This document shows positions 26,801 to 38,721 of a stretch of 64,000 bases of DNA, one piece after another (position 1 is the first letter of the stretch; the number at the start of each line of letters is the position of its first letter). Where the stretch lies: NCBI GenBank assembly GCA_003344405.1, contig NOWV01000125.1, forward strand, positions 1-64,000. The letters run 5' to 3'. A model generated the notes under the pieces. The model did not search any database, was not told the origin of the DNA, and saw nothing but the letters and a program-made list of their open reading frames with translations. The stretch is from Trichoplax sp. H2. Lineage: Eukaryota. Made by a program: the position numbers and the translations under genes.

Positions 26801-29800
26801 TAAGTAAATGTTTCATTGACCCCCACCACATTATATAATTGTTGGAAATTGATAAGAAATATATTTATCTACTAGTTATTTATGTCATAACAAAACCAGT
26901 GAATGGGCAATAATATATTTCAAGTGCTGTTGTGGTTATAAGTATTTAATGTACTGGTACTCTGTTGAATATTGCCGTTATGCGATAGATCGCATGATTG
27001 TAGCTGATCACGGCTAAAATAAAACTATCCGACATTTTCAGCAACTAAATATAAGAACTTATTTATCATTTGGATTACTGATGCACTTACAACTCTCTTA
27101 TCGGCTAGATTATTGCTCTCCTAATCCATGCAATCAAGGTAACTGCTCATCAATTGTAGGCGGATTCAAATGTACTTGTATTCCTGGATATACTGGACAA
27201 AAATGCGATGCTGGTAAAGTTGATTTTAAATATATACATTACTCTCTCTACTCGTTTTCGATTCTGAATATCTCAAACATAGAATTACATACACCGTCTT
27301 TAATGTCTGCAAATCTACTTTTAGTAACCCCTAGAGCTATAATTAGCCCATCAAGCAACACAACTATTGCAGCTGGTGTTAATATCACCTATAGCTGTGC
27401 AGCTGCAACTATTCCTGCAACTGCAATTGTATGGAGTAGAGTTGGTCAAAGTTCTTTACCATCTAATGCTGTCGTTAGCACAGTTGGTGTTAATAGCGTT
27501 CTAACTCTAATTAATGCCAGTAGTGTCGACAATGGTCGATATCAATGTGAAATCTTTATAAAAGACGGGAATGCTTCCTCCTCTATTCATATTTTCGTTG
27601 TTGGTATGCTATCAAATTCTATCAATTAATTTGATTAATTCTCTTTCCCTACTATGTGCTAACTTAATCAGAGTTTGATTAAAATACTAAGATTGATACA
27701 GTAGTAAACGATCGATCGATTATATTAAATCGTATGATACAATTAAACATCATCTATTTTCATAAATTAACTCATATTTTAGACCCCCCTGTACCGAGAG
27801 TATTGCCATCGGCTTTAACTCTTTTACGCGGAGGTACCTCAAGATTTACGTGCGATCCAGGAACTTCAGTTTATTCTAGTGTAAGCTGGTCAAGCACTAC
27901 TGGTTCTTTTCCAGCTAATCGTCATACCATCAATGGAACACAATTAACAATTAGCAAACTTGAAAATATCGATAGAAGTATAACTTGCTCCGTTAGCAAT
28001 CTTGCTGCTACTGCCAGCGGTGTATCTTATCTAACCGTACAAGGTTAATTTGCATAGAATGGTCAAGCTGTAGGACTAATTTGATTCCTTTATCGGATAG
28101 GAAAATTTTAATTTATTAAAGATTAAATATATTGGGATTAATGCTTTGTAACTTCTTGAAATGGACTTTTGTATTTAGAACTACCTAGAGCAAAGCTGAA
28201 TCCCAATTCATCCTTGGTTATATACAAAGTGGATGAAAATGTTGGTGTTCATCTTTGTCTAGCGGATGGAGATCCGGTAGTAGTTAGTCCTCGATGGACT
28301 CGCTCTGATGGTGTTCCTCTTACTTTTGCTGATACCTTAGCTAATCGTTTAACTCTCCGTCGAATTACTGCAGCTAAGCAGGCTACGTATATCTGCACAG
28401 GAACTTCTAGCATTGGTTCATCAACAACAACGTTAGACGTTCAAGTAGCATGTAAGTACAGTCCTTCGCCAGCCTTTGTGTGTATTTTCAATTCATTGAC
28501 CATGCCTCTTATTCTAATTTTGATCGTTGCTAGCCCAAGCATATGTCAGGCGTTTTGCTAATTCACCGGGATCTACTGTCTCTTACCAAGCTTTCTCTAC
28601 AAAAAATTCAGTTAATGAAACGTCATCCAGCACTCATTATTTAAATATCCGTCTGAAACTCGATTCACTCAATGATAGCTTAATCTTTTTCCAAGGCAAT
28701 GGCTTCGAAGATCATACACCTGACACGATAAATTTCTTAGCCTTAGCCCTTACTGACCAACATCTCGGTTTTATGTATTCTAGTGGACCAGATGTCGCTA
28801 ATAATCCAGGTATCATTGGTTGGATCATAATTCCAGATACTATGAAAACAAATACATGGTATTCAATCGCAGCTACCTATGAGTATGGCAATGCAACAAT
28901 ACAGATTAATGATGGACCAGTCTATCGCAATTACAGCCGAGAGAGTGGTCGATCAACTGTAATTACCCTAACTGACTGGTTGTATATTGGAAGTTTAAAT
29001 AATATGAATTCAAATCCTATTCCTAACATCACTGTTGGCTTCTCCGGTTGTATATCTTATCTTTCTGTTGACAATCATACCTATGATTTATCCAATAATA
29101 AACTTGAAGAGAGTAACACATTGGCTTGTGGCGATCCTTGCCAATTGAATAAATGTCAAAATCAAGCAACGTGCAAAAGCCATCCTACAGATAATAAATA
29201 TTACTATTGCGATTGTCAATCGGGATATTACGATTACCTATGCAGCAGTAGCTTTGCTTCGTTAGCTGATCCTTGCTACAGTGCGCCATGCAGAAATGGC
29301 GGTACTTGTGTAAGTACGGGTGGTAGTAACTATATCTGCCAATGTGCTTTACCTTATTCAGGAATAACAAACTGTGATTCAAGTAAGTATATGATGGCAA
29401 TTACTAACTGGTATAATTCACTAATAAAAATTATCCTCTAAATTCAATTCTGTTGCAATTGTGATCCATTTTTACAGCTATATCTCTCCAAGCTGACGAT
29501 GCTGCTAATTTTGATCGATATGGATATCTTCGCTACAGCATCAATTCAGTTAATAAGTAAGCAAAACAACAAGTGTAATAGATAAAATTCGTCAAGCTCA
29601 GCAGAGGATTAGATTAAAATTACAGCTTAAGCTTTTTATAAACATCCATTTATTTAATATCGCAGTTAACCAATATTTGCTGTTATATAGCATTTACATT
29701 ACTTTAAATTTTATAATCCTAATTGAATTCTTATTTTTTATGTAGTCAACAAGATATACAATTCCAATTTAAAACAACAGAAGCAAATACTTTGCTTTAC

Positions 29801-32422
29801 TGGCAAGGCGATGTAAGTTTTGTCCTGATAATATCATCGAAATTTATTTAATATACAAATCAATCTGGAATATTTCATGAAACAGTATTATTCGCTAATT
29901 TATAATAAAGTATTAAGACAAATAGATCACTTTATAGAAGTATAAATTCTTATAATACAGTACAGGTATTTGAGATTGTTCTAAGTTATCTGTATCTAAA
30001 AATAACAGTGTAGATCGCATGAAAATTGTATATACGCATAAATGAAATATGAAACACAATACATACGAAAAGTTTTACGAACGAGAAAGAGCATTTAAAA
30101 TTTACTGTATCCTAAGAGTAGACATACGCGAAACATCGTGAATTGAATTAAATAAATAATAGTATATAGAACAGGTGTCAAATTTAATTTTTGATCTACT
30201 ATTACCAATCGCTAAGTTTAGGTTCCATCTATATTTTGAAATTCAACTCGTTTTAACCTCGTGTAGTGTAGAATAAGATCTCAAATTTAATTTTACTCTA
30301 CCATTAACAATCGATATGATTATGCTGTAATTTTAATACCGTATGTAGAAACAAAAATTAATAACATGAAATTTCAATAAAATATCAGATTGAACTCTAT
30401 TCTACAGTTTCATATCGACACTATGTTCTCATTCGTAATGAAAACAAGCTTCACGAAAGCGCAAGAACCATTTACTCTTGTCCATACTAATTATTAACCA
30501 CTAAATTTGTTTAAGCCTAACATAAAAATTAGTTTAAAAATTACTAAAAAATATTTCATTGTTTGCAGCTGGATATTATAAGCGAATAAAAAGCATGTTT
30601 GTTTTATTTTGAAAATTTATTCTCTACAAGAATAGAAGCTATGAAAATACATGTTTCAGTTAATTGAGACTAATTTCACATTTGAAACTGTACTCGATTA
30701 TAGATTAATTTTAATGCCAACCAATACATGTATATAAGGTTAAGCAGCGGTGTCGTGCAGTTAAGGTGAGCAGTCGTTAAGGGCTTTATGCTCTCCATAT
30801 ATATGTATATATATATATATATTTAATCAATCGAACACTACATCGATTAACTTTGCTTCGTAAATTTATTGGCAGATTCAACTTAGGTAGTGGCGAGGCA
30901 GTCCTAAATACAGCAGCTACTGTTAATGACAACCAAAAGCACACTGTTCATGTTATGAGGTTTATACACTTATTTATATGATTATCTACTTGATGTTACT
31001 ACCAGGAATGAAACCTAGCAATTATTGGTTAAAAGATATTTTTGAAGGGTCTTGTCAATACGGGTATAAACAGAGTTAAATTAACGAATTATAAATTATA
31101 GGAGCGGTAGACAAGGCTATCTAGCAGTTGATGGAGTGATTGCAACTGGCCTTGATGAAGCACCTGGTCAAAATGAATCTTTGGCAGATTTCTCAAATGT
31201 TTATTTTGGTATGTACATCTATTTTATGTCGATTCAGCTAGGTTCCACTACATATATCCTTTGCCAGAATAGGAGCTTGTCTCTGTATTAAGCTGTTATA
31301 AATGTTTAAATGTAACTAGATTGCAAAGTATATCTATTTTTAGAATATCTCCTGTTGATCCTAGTGTATGTAAAGCATTGCTTCAATTATATATTATAGA
31401 ACAGTGAAATAAACGGGCACATCAGATTAGTTGATCTAACCCATAAGTTACCAGGCAAATTGCGTTTACCTTGATAATAACTTCTGTATACATATGGCTC
31501 ATATATCCGTATATATTAGCCTATAGATCAGCCTAAATCTGCTCGAATTATGCTGCCTACTTCTCAAACAATTTAATGTTAATTTAGTATATTGATAGCC
31601 GGCCATAAAATTATACTACGGGATCAGAGCAATTATATAACGATAGATAAAGTTTCAAAGCACAAAATATTCATCATAGACCATTTAATAGTCATCCATT
31701 GTTAAAATGATTCTTTATAAAGATATACACAATATAGTATGATCTTCTCTATCGTTAGTAATGGCAAATAGTAGATAGTAATAGCCATCCTGTAATCATT
31801 TTTAGCTAGATACTAGTGTACCTAGGCGTATATAAATACACCCGTTGGAGACGTCTAGTTCACTCATCATTTGTAATACTCGTCGTAACTAATTTTTAAT
31901 TTATGTACTCGCACAATTCACAGTACAGTTTAAGTAGATATAGGTATCAAACATGCATTTCAATTCCAGTTAAAATCCTTGTATTTTATAATACTATGCA
32001 CTGTAGTGTGAGCACATACGCAAAATTTTTTATATAGTAAGATTACATACAAGTCTTATAGCTACTTCCTAAAATTGAATAAACCTACTTATTTTTAGTT
32101 TTAGAGCTGATTAACAGTACCTAAAAATCCGTAAAATCATTGCCTATAAGAAATTCATATTGACTGACAAGTTTATCCCAATTTTAGGAGCTAAAATGGA
32201 TTTTGTTTCTGTACATAACTTTAAATAAGAGTGATAATGCATTTGACCTATTGAATTCATTCGATTTCTGTAGGTGGTGCAGAGAATATTGCCTTTAAAA
32301 CTGGAAATCGATTCTCTGTTGGAATGATTGGATGTATTGGTAATATCAAAATTTTCAATACTCCATTATCAATTTCCGATAGCGTAACAGCCGTTGGGGT
32401 TACCAAGTGTAATGGATTTTAA
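20897..32422 (+). CDS. Secreted ECM-type protein: SP-EGF-D8C-EGFx4-Igx3-LamG-EGFx2-LamG (perlecan-like C-terminus)
   Basis: Exons 20897-20929 + 21057-21084 give signal peptide MQAFTLVYIFTILHVLVLG. EGF 23884-23991; D8C 24198-24410/25047-25205; EGFs 25318-25422, 26455-26562, 26699-26803, 27109-27213; Ig 27325-27603, 27783-28043, 28179-28451; LamG+2 EGF 28534-29382; second LamG over 29478-29556, 29746-29812, 30704-30765, 30876-30959 (RFNLGSG..VND..H.V), 31102-31208, 32274-32422 (GMIGCI, TAA). Exon phases are consistent throughout. Confidence 0.9.
22110..22680. repeat. Dispersed ~550-bp repeat, copy 2 (similar to 4655-5200)
   Basis: Same colinear blocks as copy 1; lies in intron 2 of the 20897-32422 gene. 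Confidence 0.75.
30160..30325. repeat. Short intronic direct repeat, 2 copies, period ~104 bp
   Basis: TAGAA..TCAAATTTAATTTT..TCTAC.ATTA.CAATCG at ~30166 and ~30269. Confidence 0.7.
30797..30822. repeat. (AT)n microsatellite
   Basis: ATATATATGTATATATATATATATAT in an intron. Confidence 0.9.
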
Positions 32423-34638
32423 TTTAATAATTCGAAGTAAGCATTCATACTTTGGAATAAATAATAATGCAGCAATTTAATATTATTTTTTCTGACGCAT
32501 TAAATAAAGTTTTATCTTTGATACTTTTATAATTAATGATACAAATGAAAGATTGTAATGGCTCCGAAATACTTTGTAAGACTATGTGTTCTAACGAAAA
32601 TACAAATGTACTGTATTAGTTTAGTCTTGATATCATTAATAGGACACAACTTGCTGATTGTGATTATAAAACTTTCCGTGATTAAAATGCAATATCATAC
32701 GAAAAAATTTGAACTGCTTCAAGAATAAATTTATTTTTGATTATAATTACTGCAAATATGAATTATAAACAAAACCTAGATAGTATAATTTAGTTTTGAT
32801 CATCTTTCTATCGCATATGATGGCCAATGAGAGTCAAGAACTGAAGCTGTTTAATAGCATTGTACGATAAATTTGCTCTTCCCCTACCTCTTGATGTAAT
32901 CGAATGGAAACTGGAATGAAAAGTAGTATCAGTACGAGAAAATACTCAGATGTCCAAGTATTCTTCCAGATAACACAGCTACGCTATTTCTTAATTAATT
33001 ATCAGCAAGATTACGATTTCTTGCAGTAGAATCTCAAAAATTTGAATCTTTAACAAACATTTAGCTTACTCATTTCTAGAATATAATTAATTAGCCTTTT
33101 TAAGATGCGATAGAATAATCCCGCGACTACATCATTTTCAGAATTAAATCTATTTCATGCAATATTGCTAATTTAAAAAGTGTGAATGATCGGCTCTAGC
33201 AGTAATATATAATTCAATCGAAATGATAATTTATTTATAAATTATGGAAATACACAATAAATATTCGATATAATTAGCAACAAGTTAGACAAATCCTGTT
33301 TCTGCCAAGTTAAATCGGCATTTATTACCATATTTTGAGGGCAATACTGCCCTTTCAAATATCACATTGAGCTATCTTGATTTTAATTTCTGTAATAAAG
33401 TATTTTGCATTTATCTAATAGTATTTAGCCATTAATAACAAGCTCCATGTTATGATTTTGATCTTAGATTATATTAGCATAAGAATACTATTATATAGTG
33501 CATAGTACAAAATAAAGAAATTTCTAAATTTAATCCTAAATTGAGATAATTATCTGTGATCCTTCACAATAACAGTTGGAGTATCTATGATTCCCTTATC
33601 CAGAAACTAAGCTAGCATACAAGAGAATTATAACATTACGATCTCATAAGTGGAATGCTTTATTCAAAATTAATCCTACATTGCAATACAAATACTGCAG
33701 TATCTTCTAAGATAGAAGAATAAAAGATATTTCTCCAATTTATTAAACTAAGCTGATTCTAAACTTTTCAAGAGCATCCATTAGCAGCTCGATGCATTAG
33801 CTTCAATTTAATTCATCATTTTTTGAATTTAAATTCAAACCTGGAGTAACTAGAGTACCAAAATTTGTGTTAAACTAAAAATAGGATTTTATTAACCATG
33901 ATTAAATTAAGCGCCGTTAAATAAGACCCTATTCTATTGACGGCGAGGGCAAATTTCGCTATCCAAATATACATAATCTTAAATATTAGCCGAGTAGAGC
34001 ATACTATTGAGATAAACACTTATTGTAGTTTCGGAAGATTGAGAGTTCGTCATAACAGCAAGTAATTACACCAGATTAATAGAAGAAAATAGTAATATTT
34101 ATAGTATGTGTTTGAAGAAACCGAATTTTGGCTACAATAATTAATAAACGACATGAAATACTGGAGTAGCTTAAGTAAAGTAGAAGACGTAAAGTGCACA
34201 AACTACAGCTCAGTTAAATACAACTAGCTAATGAAATTGATGCTTAAGAATTGTTATATTGTGGAAAGCACAACACGGGAGAATTAATTGTAAACGTGAA
34301 AGAATTTATTAGAAGAACTTACTTTTACGATAAGGTATTTCTACAATACAATCAAGCTAGAGCATAAATAGAATTCCGCGAATAAATTTAATAAAGATAA
34401 ATCACGAATACTTGGAATTACGCTACAATTTAGTGTAAGTTAGTTTTATTATTAATAGAATGTACCTGGTATACCATATGTGTTTACTATTAACTACTAC
34501 CTCATAATGAATAATATATACTTTTCATTACTAAAAAACAATTTGTTATTCAAATATATATATAATATAAAATAGAAATAAAATATACAGCATCCTAGCA
34601 ATGTTAAAGCTTATTGCGATTTAACAATTCGCAATTTA

Positions 34639-37600
34639 TCAGGCTTCAGAATTGATGCAATTAAGATGTTTCGCCAATGCTCGTTTTAGTTTATCTAAGT
34701 AATAAATATCTACTGATCTTGTTTTCGCTTTATATTCATGTAATGTTTCCATAATTTTAAATTCATCATCCTCTGTTAGTAAATCACCTTCATTATTTCG
34801 CTTGTACGGAAATATATATCTTTTATCTTTGATTAATTCGTTATACTCGTGTATAACTTGTAATGCGGAGAATTCTTCAGCAAAAATATCCTTCTGAACC
34901 AAGACTTCATTCATTGTATTAAAATACTTTCGACATATAATATGAGCATCGAGACTCTTCATCAAGAAGTGATATTGTTTTTCTTGTTTATCGCCGTACC
35001 ATATAGCAATACAATTTTGTTTCTTCGTTACATCGTATGCTAATCTTTCGTAATAACTATCTGATGTTATAACATCTCCAATATAATATAATTCTAATAT
35101 AGATCGCGCCATTTTTCCATGTGCTGTAGGAAATTGATTAAATAACTCCGTTGCATCTGTACCCAATACGAATTTTAACATTTCGTCGCCTCCTGGATGA
35201 AGATCAATATATTCACCGATATCGTATACACGACGGTCTATAACAATCCAACAACCGTTACGTCCTCCATTATGAGTAACAATATCGTATATCGATATAT
35301 TCATTTTACAATCGTTTGTTATAGGCTTATATACTTCGATTTTAATTCGATCAGTTGTTAACATTCTAATTAATTCTTTAATACCTATAGCCGATTTGAA
35401 TATTCTAATCATATCTCTATACAAAGTTGTAGGACCGCATATATAGATCAATGCATCTTCTTTACATAATTCGATTAATTTATTTTGACCTTCGCTCGAT
35501 GAAAAGTAACTCGTAACTCGACCGTTGTAAATATACGAATATTGCGATCCTTTCCACTTTTGTATATTATCAGCTGATAGACATAGCTTCGTATAATTTA
35601 CTGTGTCTGGAGCATCTTCTATAGTTCTACAACCAAAGTATAACAACATACGACGATTTTCATTCATCTTCTTATTACGATCGATAAACGATTGATATGG
35701 AGCTATACCCGAACCTATACCAATCATCACAATTGGTTTAGAACTATCTTGCGGAAGTCGGAAAGAAGAATTAATAGGGAATACATCAATTACTTGATGT
35801 TGATCGAATAGATTATCGATAGGCGCAAGTATCGGCGATACTTTACCGTTATCGATACGTTCGACAAGTAATTTAATATTATCGTTATCGAACGAGGCGA
35901 TGTTATACGTACGTGGCAGTTGCGGAGGAACTATAGATGGAGAGCCATGAGGTTTATTATTTGTAAAATCGGCGTATTTAATAAATATTTCTTTAGATAC
36001 TTTTCCGTTAGATATTCCAAAATGATTATGTACGAATTTTATCCACTCTTTTTCAGTAGTATCTTTAGTATGAATATCTAATACAAAATATTGGGGCGCA
36101 CTGTCATAATTTGTAATAGTATTCGGTATAAGTACACCAAGTTTATCACCCTCTTGATACGAAAATTTCTTATCGTAAATAGAAATGGTTACATATTGTA
36201 GAGTATTGCGCTGATTGAGATTAGCAGGAGTAGAATGAATCGTTGCACTAAATAATCGGTTAGTAAATTGGCGATCATCGATTGATTCGTTAAATTCTGT
36301 ATTAAGTTGTATATGAGCGCTCTTCGATTCTGTCTCTTGGTTAGTTACAGTAACAGTTCTATCTAGCTGAGTTACAAGAGATAAAACTCCTAATGCCTTG
36401 TTACGATGTATATCCAACATTCTATGATAAGAACGTTCAAATAAATCAAAAGTCTTATTTAATTGTGAATCGTTCAATGCTTTTATAAACTGTTTAGGAC
36501 TTCCAGTTTTCTCAAATCCTAATTTAAACGCTGTTAAAAATTGCCTATAAGATTTAGGTATTAGCCTATATCCATTACTGAACATTTTTCCAATGAGAGA
36601 CTTACGTATTCGATCAATAATTATATCGAAAACAGCGAAAATGGGATCAAATAACCCGCTAGTAGAATTTCCAATTAAGCTATTTTCTTCCGCTATAGCG
36701 AATAATTCTTCATCTTTAGCAGTGTACCAATCCAGGTTCGCTTCAGTTAAAAGATGAGATGTTTTCTCCTTTGATGGATCTAAAAGACAATTTGGAGCTA
36801 TAGGTCCAGTTTGACCTATATGTCTCCAGTGTGAAGGAATAATACTTATTTCAGCATAAGAATTAAATTTTGGCTCCGATAGTGTTTCGGATCCTCGGTT
36901 AGCTATTTCTATTAATTTGTTAAGATGGATTATAATTTCATCTTTATCGCCATTGTACATTGCAGATTGAAGATCTAATGCTGCATCGACGATATCATAG
37001 CATGCGTATCTAAGAGATGCAAGTGAGTATCCATGAAATGAAATTTCTGTACATGAACCTAAATCTTCGACATTAAAGAATGGAAATCTCATTTTTAAAT
37101 TATTAAATGAGAATCCTTCTTCGGGCCTTTTTAAATCAATATTATCTATATTTTGAGTATCATTTGTATTTGAAGGAATTCGATCTAATATTCTACAACA
37201 ATGTACCCAAGATTTTTGTAGATTATCCGGTAATTTAGGAATATCAAATCCATTAACCTTTCCATAGTAATTCCAATAAATTAAGGCTATATTAACAGCG
37301 GCTGAATGTAGAATAGTAATTATACTCTTAGGTAAACTTTCGATTTCGTCACCAATATTAGGTAACTGGCGTACCTTTTCTCGGAAACGCGGTGAATAAC
37401 TATTGGGAAGGTTTTTTGCAAATAGAAACAACGCTCTACATTTATCAGGTAATTGATCAGGATGTGGATCAGTAATTAATTTAGGCGGATAAAATCCATG
37501 ATAATATACATGACCTTCTGGTCTTGTTTCGGGATTTTGATCCCACATTTCTAGTAATTCTCTAGCAGGACTTGTTCTTGGGCTATGTTGATCATCGTTG

Positions 37601-37956
37601 CTAGATAAAATAGATTGTAATCGATGTCTATTGATAAGTAACCGAGAATTAATTGAATGTTGTAATTCTTGAGTATAAGCTTGTGCTTGAGTTTGATTTT
37701 TTGCTGTGTAGAATTGTGATTTACCTACTCTTATTAATACTTGTTGAGTTGATAATGCCTTGATTTGTTGACCGCATAATTTAGTGATAGCAGAGTGTAA
37801 TTGATTTCTATTCGAGTTTTGTGTAATGAGATAAATTTTGACTTTATTTCGATGTGAATCAAGGCTTTGTTGTACTGCTTTACTTCCAATAGCCTGAGCA
37901 ATGGTTCCTAATGTCTGTTCCATGATGGAAATTTCTTCCGCTTTGGCAGTCTCCAA
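34639..37956 (-). CDS. Fusion protein: IDO-like heme dioxygenase domain + FNR-family FAD/NAD(P)H oxidoreductase + cytochrome b5-like heme domain
   Basis: 1105-codon uninterrupted ORF. IDO-like motifs: HGFYPP, PKLPDNLQKSWVHCCRILDRIP, TSGLFDPIFAVFD, YRLIPKSYRQFL, DIHRNKALG. Reductase motifs: PRTYNIAS, GKVS, FRLPQDSSKPIVMIGIGSGIAPYQSF, LYFGCR, IYICGP, IEVY. b5 motifs: CWIVIDRRVYDIGEYIDLHPGG..GTDAT..AHG. Track start is TTG; first ATG is at 37923; the frame is open up to a possible acceptor at 38015. Confidence 0.85.
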   Translation of the reverse strand: METAKAEEISIMEQTLGTIAQAIGSKAVQQSLDSHRNKVKIYLITQNSNRNQLHSAITKLCGQQIKALSTQQVLIRVGKSQFYTAKNQTQAQAYTQELQHSINSRLLINRHRLQSILSSNDDQHSPRTSPARELLEMWDQNPETRPEGHVYYHGFYPPKLITDPHPDQLPDKCRALFLFAKNLPNSYSPRFREKVRQLPNIGDEIESLPKSIITILHSAAVNIALIYWNYYGKVNGFDIPKLPDNLQKSWVHCCRILDRIPSNTNDTQNIDNIDLKRPEEGFSFNNLKMRFPFFNVEDLGSCTEISFHGYSLASLRYACYDIVDAALDLQSAMYNGDKDEIIIHLNKLIEIANRGSETLSEPKFNSYAEISIIPSHWRHIGQTGPIAPNCLLDPSKEKTSHLLTEANLDWYTAKDEELFAIAEENSLIGNSTSGLFDPIFAVFDIIIDRIRKSLIGKMFSNGYRLIPKSYRQFLTAFKLGFEKTGSPKQFIKALNDSQLNKTFDLFERSYHRMLDIHRNKALGVLSLVTQLDRTVTVTNQETESKSAHIQLNTEFNESIDDRQFTNRLFSATIHSTPANLNQRNTLQYVTISIYDKKFSYQEGDKLGVLIPNTITNYDSAPQYFVLDIHTKDTTEKEWIKFVHNHFGISNGKVSKEIFIKYADFTNNKPHGSPSIVPPQLPRTYNIASFDNDNIKLLVERIDNGKVSPILAPIDNLFDQHQVIDVFPINSSFRLPQDSSKPIVMIGIGSGIAPYQSFIDRNKKMNENRRMLLYFGCRTIEDAPDTVNYTKLCLSADNIQKWKGSQYSYIYNGRVTSYFSSSEGQNKLIELCKEDALIYICGPTTLYRDMIRIFKSAIGIKELIRMLTTDRIKIEVYKPITNDCKMNISIYDIVTHNGGRNGCWIVIDRRVYDIGEYIDLHPGGDEMLKFVLGTDATELFNQFPTAHGKMARSILELYYIGDVITSDSYYERLAYDVTKKQNCIAIWYGDKQEKQYHFLMKSLDAHIICRKYFNTMNEVLVQKDIFAEEFSALQVIHEYNELIKDKRYIFPYKRNNEGDLLTEDDEFKIMETLHEYKAKTRSVDIYYLDKLKRALAKHLNCINSEA

Positions 37957-38721
37957 TGATGTTGATGAATACTTTGAATTAGTAGTTAAAAAGGTTTCAA
38001 GATTGATTTCTCTATCTACAGAATACTTTACGGTTTACAGTAAGTTTTGAAAATATCAATGATTCATTATTCCAGTACGGTATATTTCAAAACTTTTGAA
38101 TATATATATAATAATATTAGTTGACTATCTATCAAATGTGCTTCAAGTTACTTTATTCAAATTAGACTATAGTATGTTCATTAAGCATGTTTATTTTGAA
38201 AGATTTAAATGTGTCAAGAGTTGTGAAATTTTCTTAGTATAGTGTAGCAAACCCTTGATGTCTGCTAGTAGTAAACGTATACAATCGCCATACGAAACAA
38301 AATTGTATGGTACAGCGGGAGTCGTACTTGCAAAAGCGAATAATCTACAACTCTTTCATCTACCACTGACTAATAGTTTGTATTCGAAATTTCAAAGAAA
38401 TCAAGTTACTCAATACTGCAATAAAAACATCAACAGCCAATTGCTCAACGTTGTACTGATCTGTCTGCGTGTTATTGGAGCTCAATTTAAAGTTGATGGG
38501 ATGAAACGGGGTACCCGGGGAACTAATTTGCCAAGAGTTGCAATTAGACCTGAGAAATACGGTGGCTCACAATGTGCATCCTGGCCTAGGATGGGACGGA
38601 CGATCGTTTGACCGCCTGAAAAGTGGCGCAGGTGCAGTTACGAGCATCGCAGCAGAGTCACATGACAGCTGTGTCATGGTTATTCGTTCAGTAAGTAAAA
38701 ATGGCCGACCCTCCCGACACT

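Noticed and set aside
34639-36300. Nitric oxide synthase or NADPH-cytochrome P450 reductase call for the long ORF
   Set aside because: Only the FAD/NAD(P)H module matches; no FMN domain and no NOS oxygenase Cys-heme motif seen.
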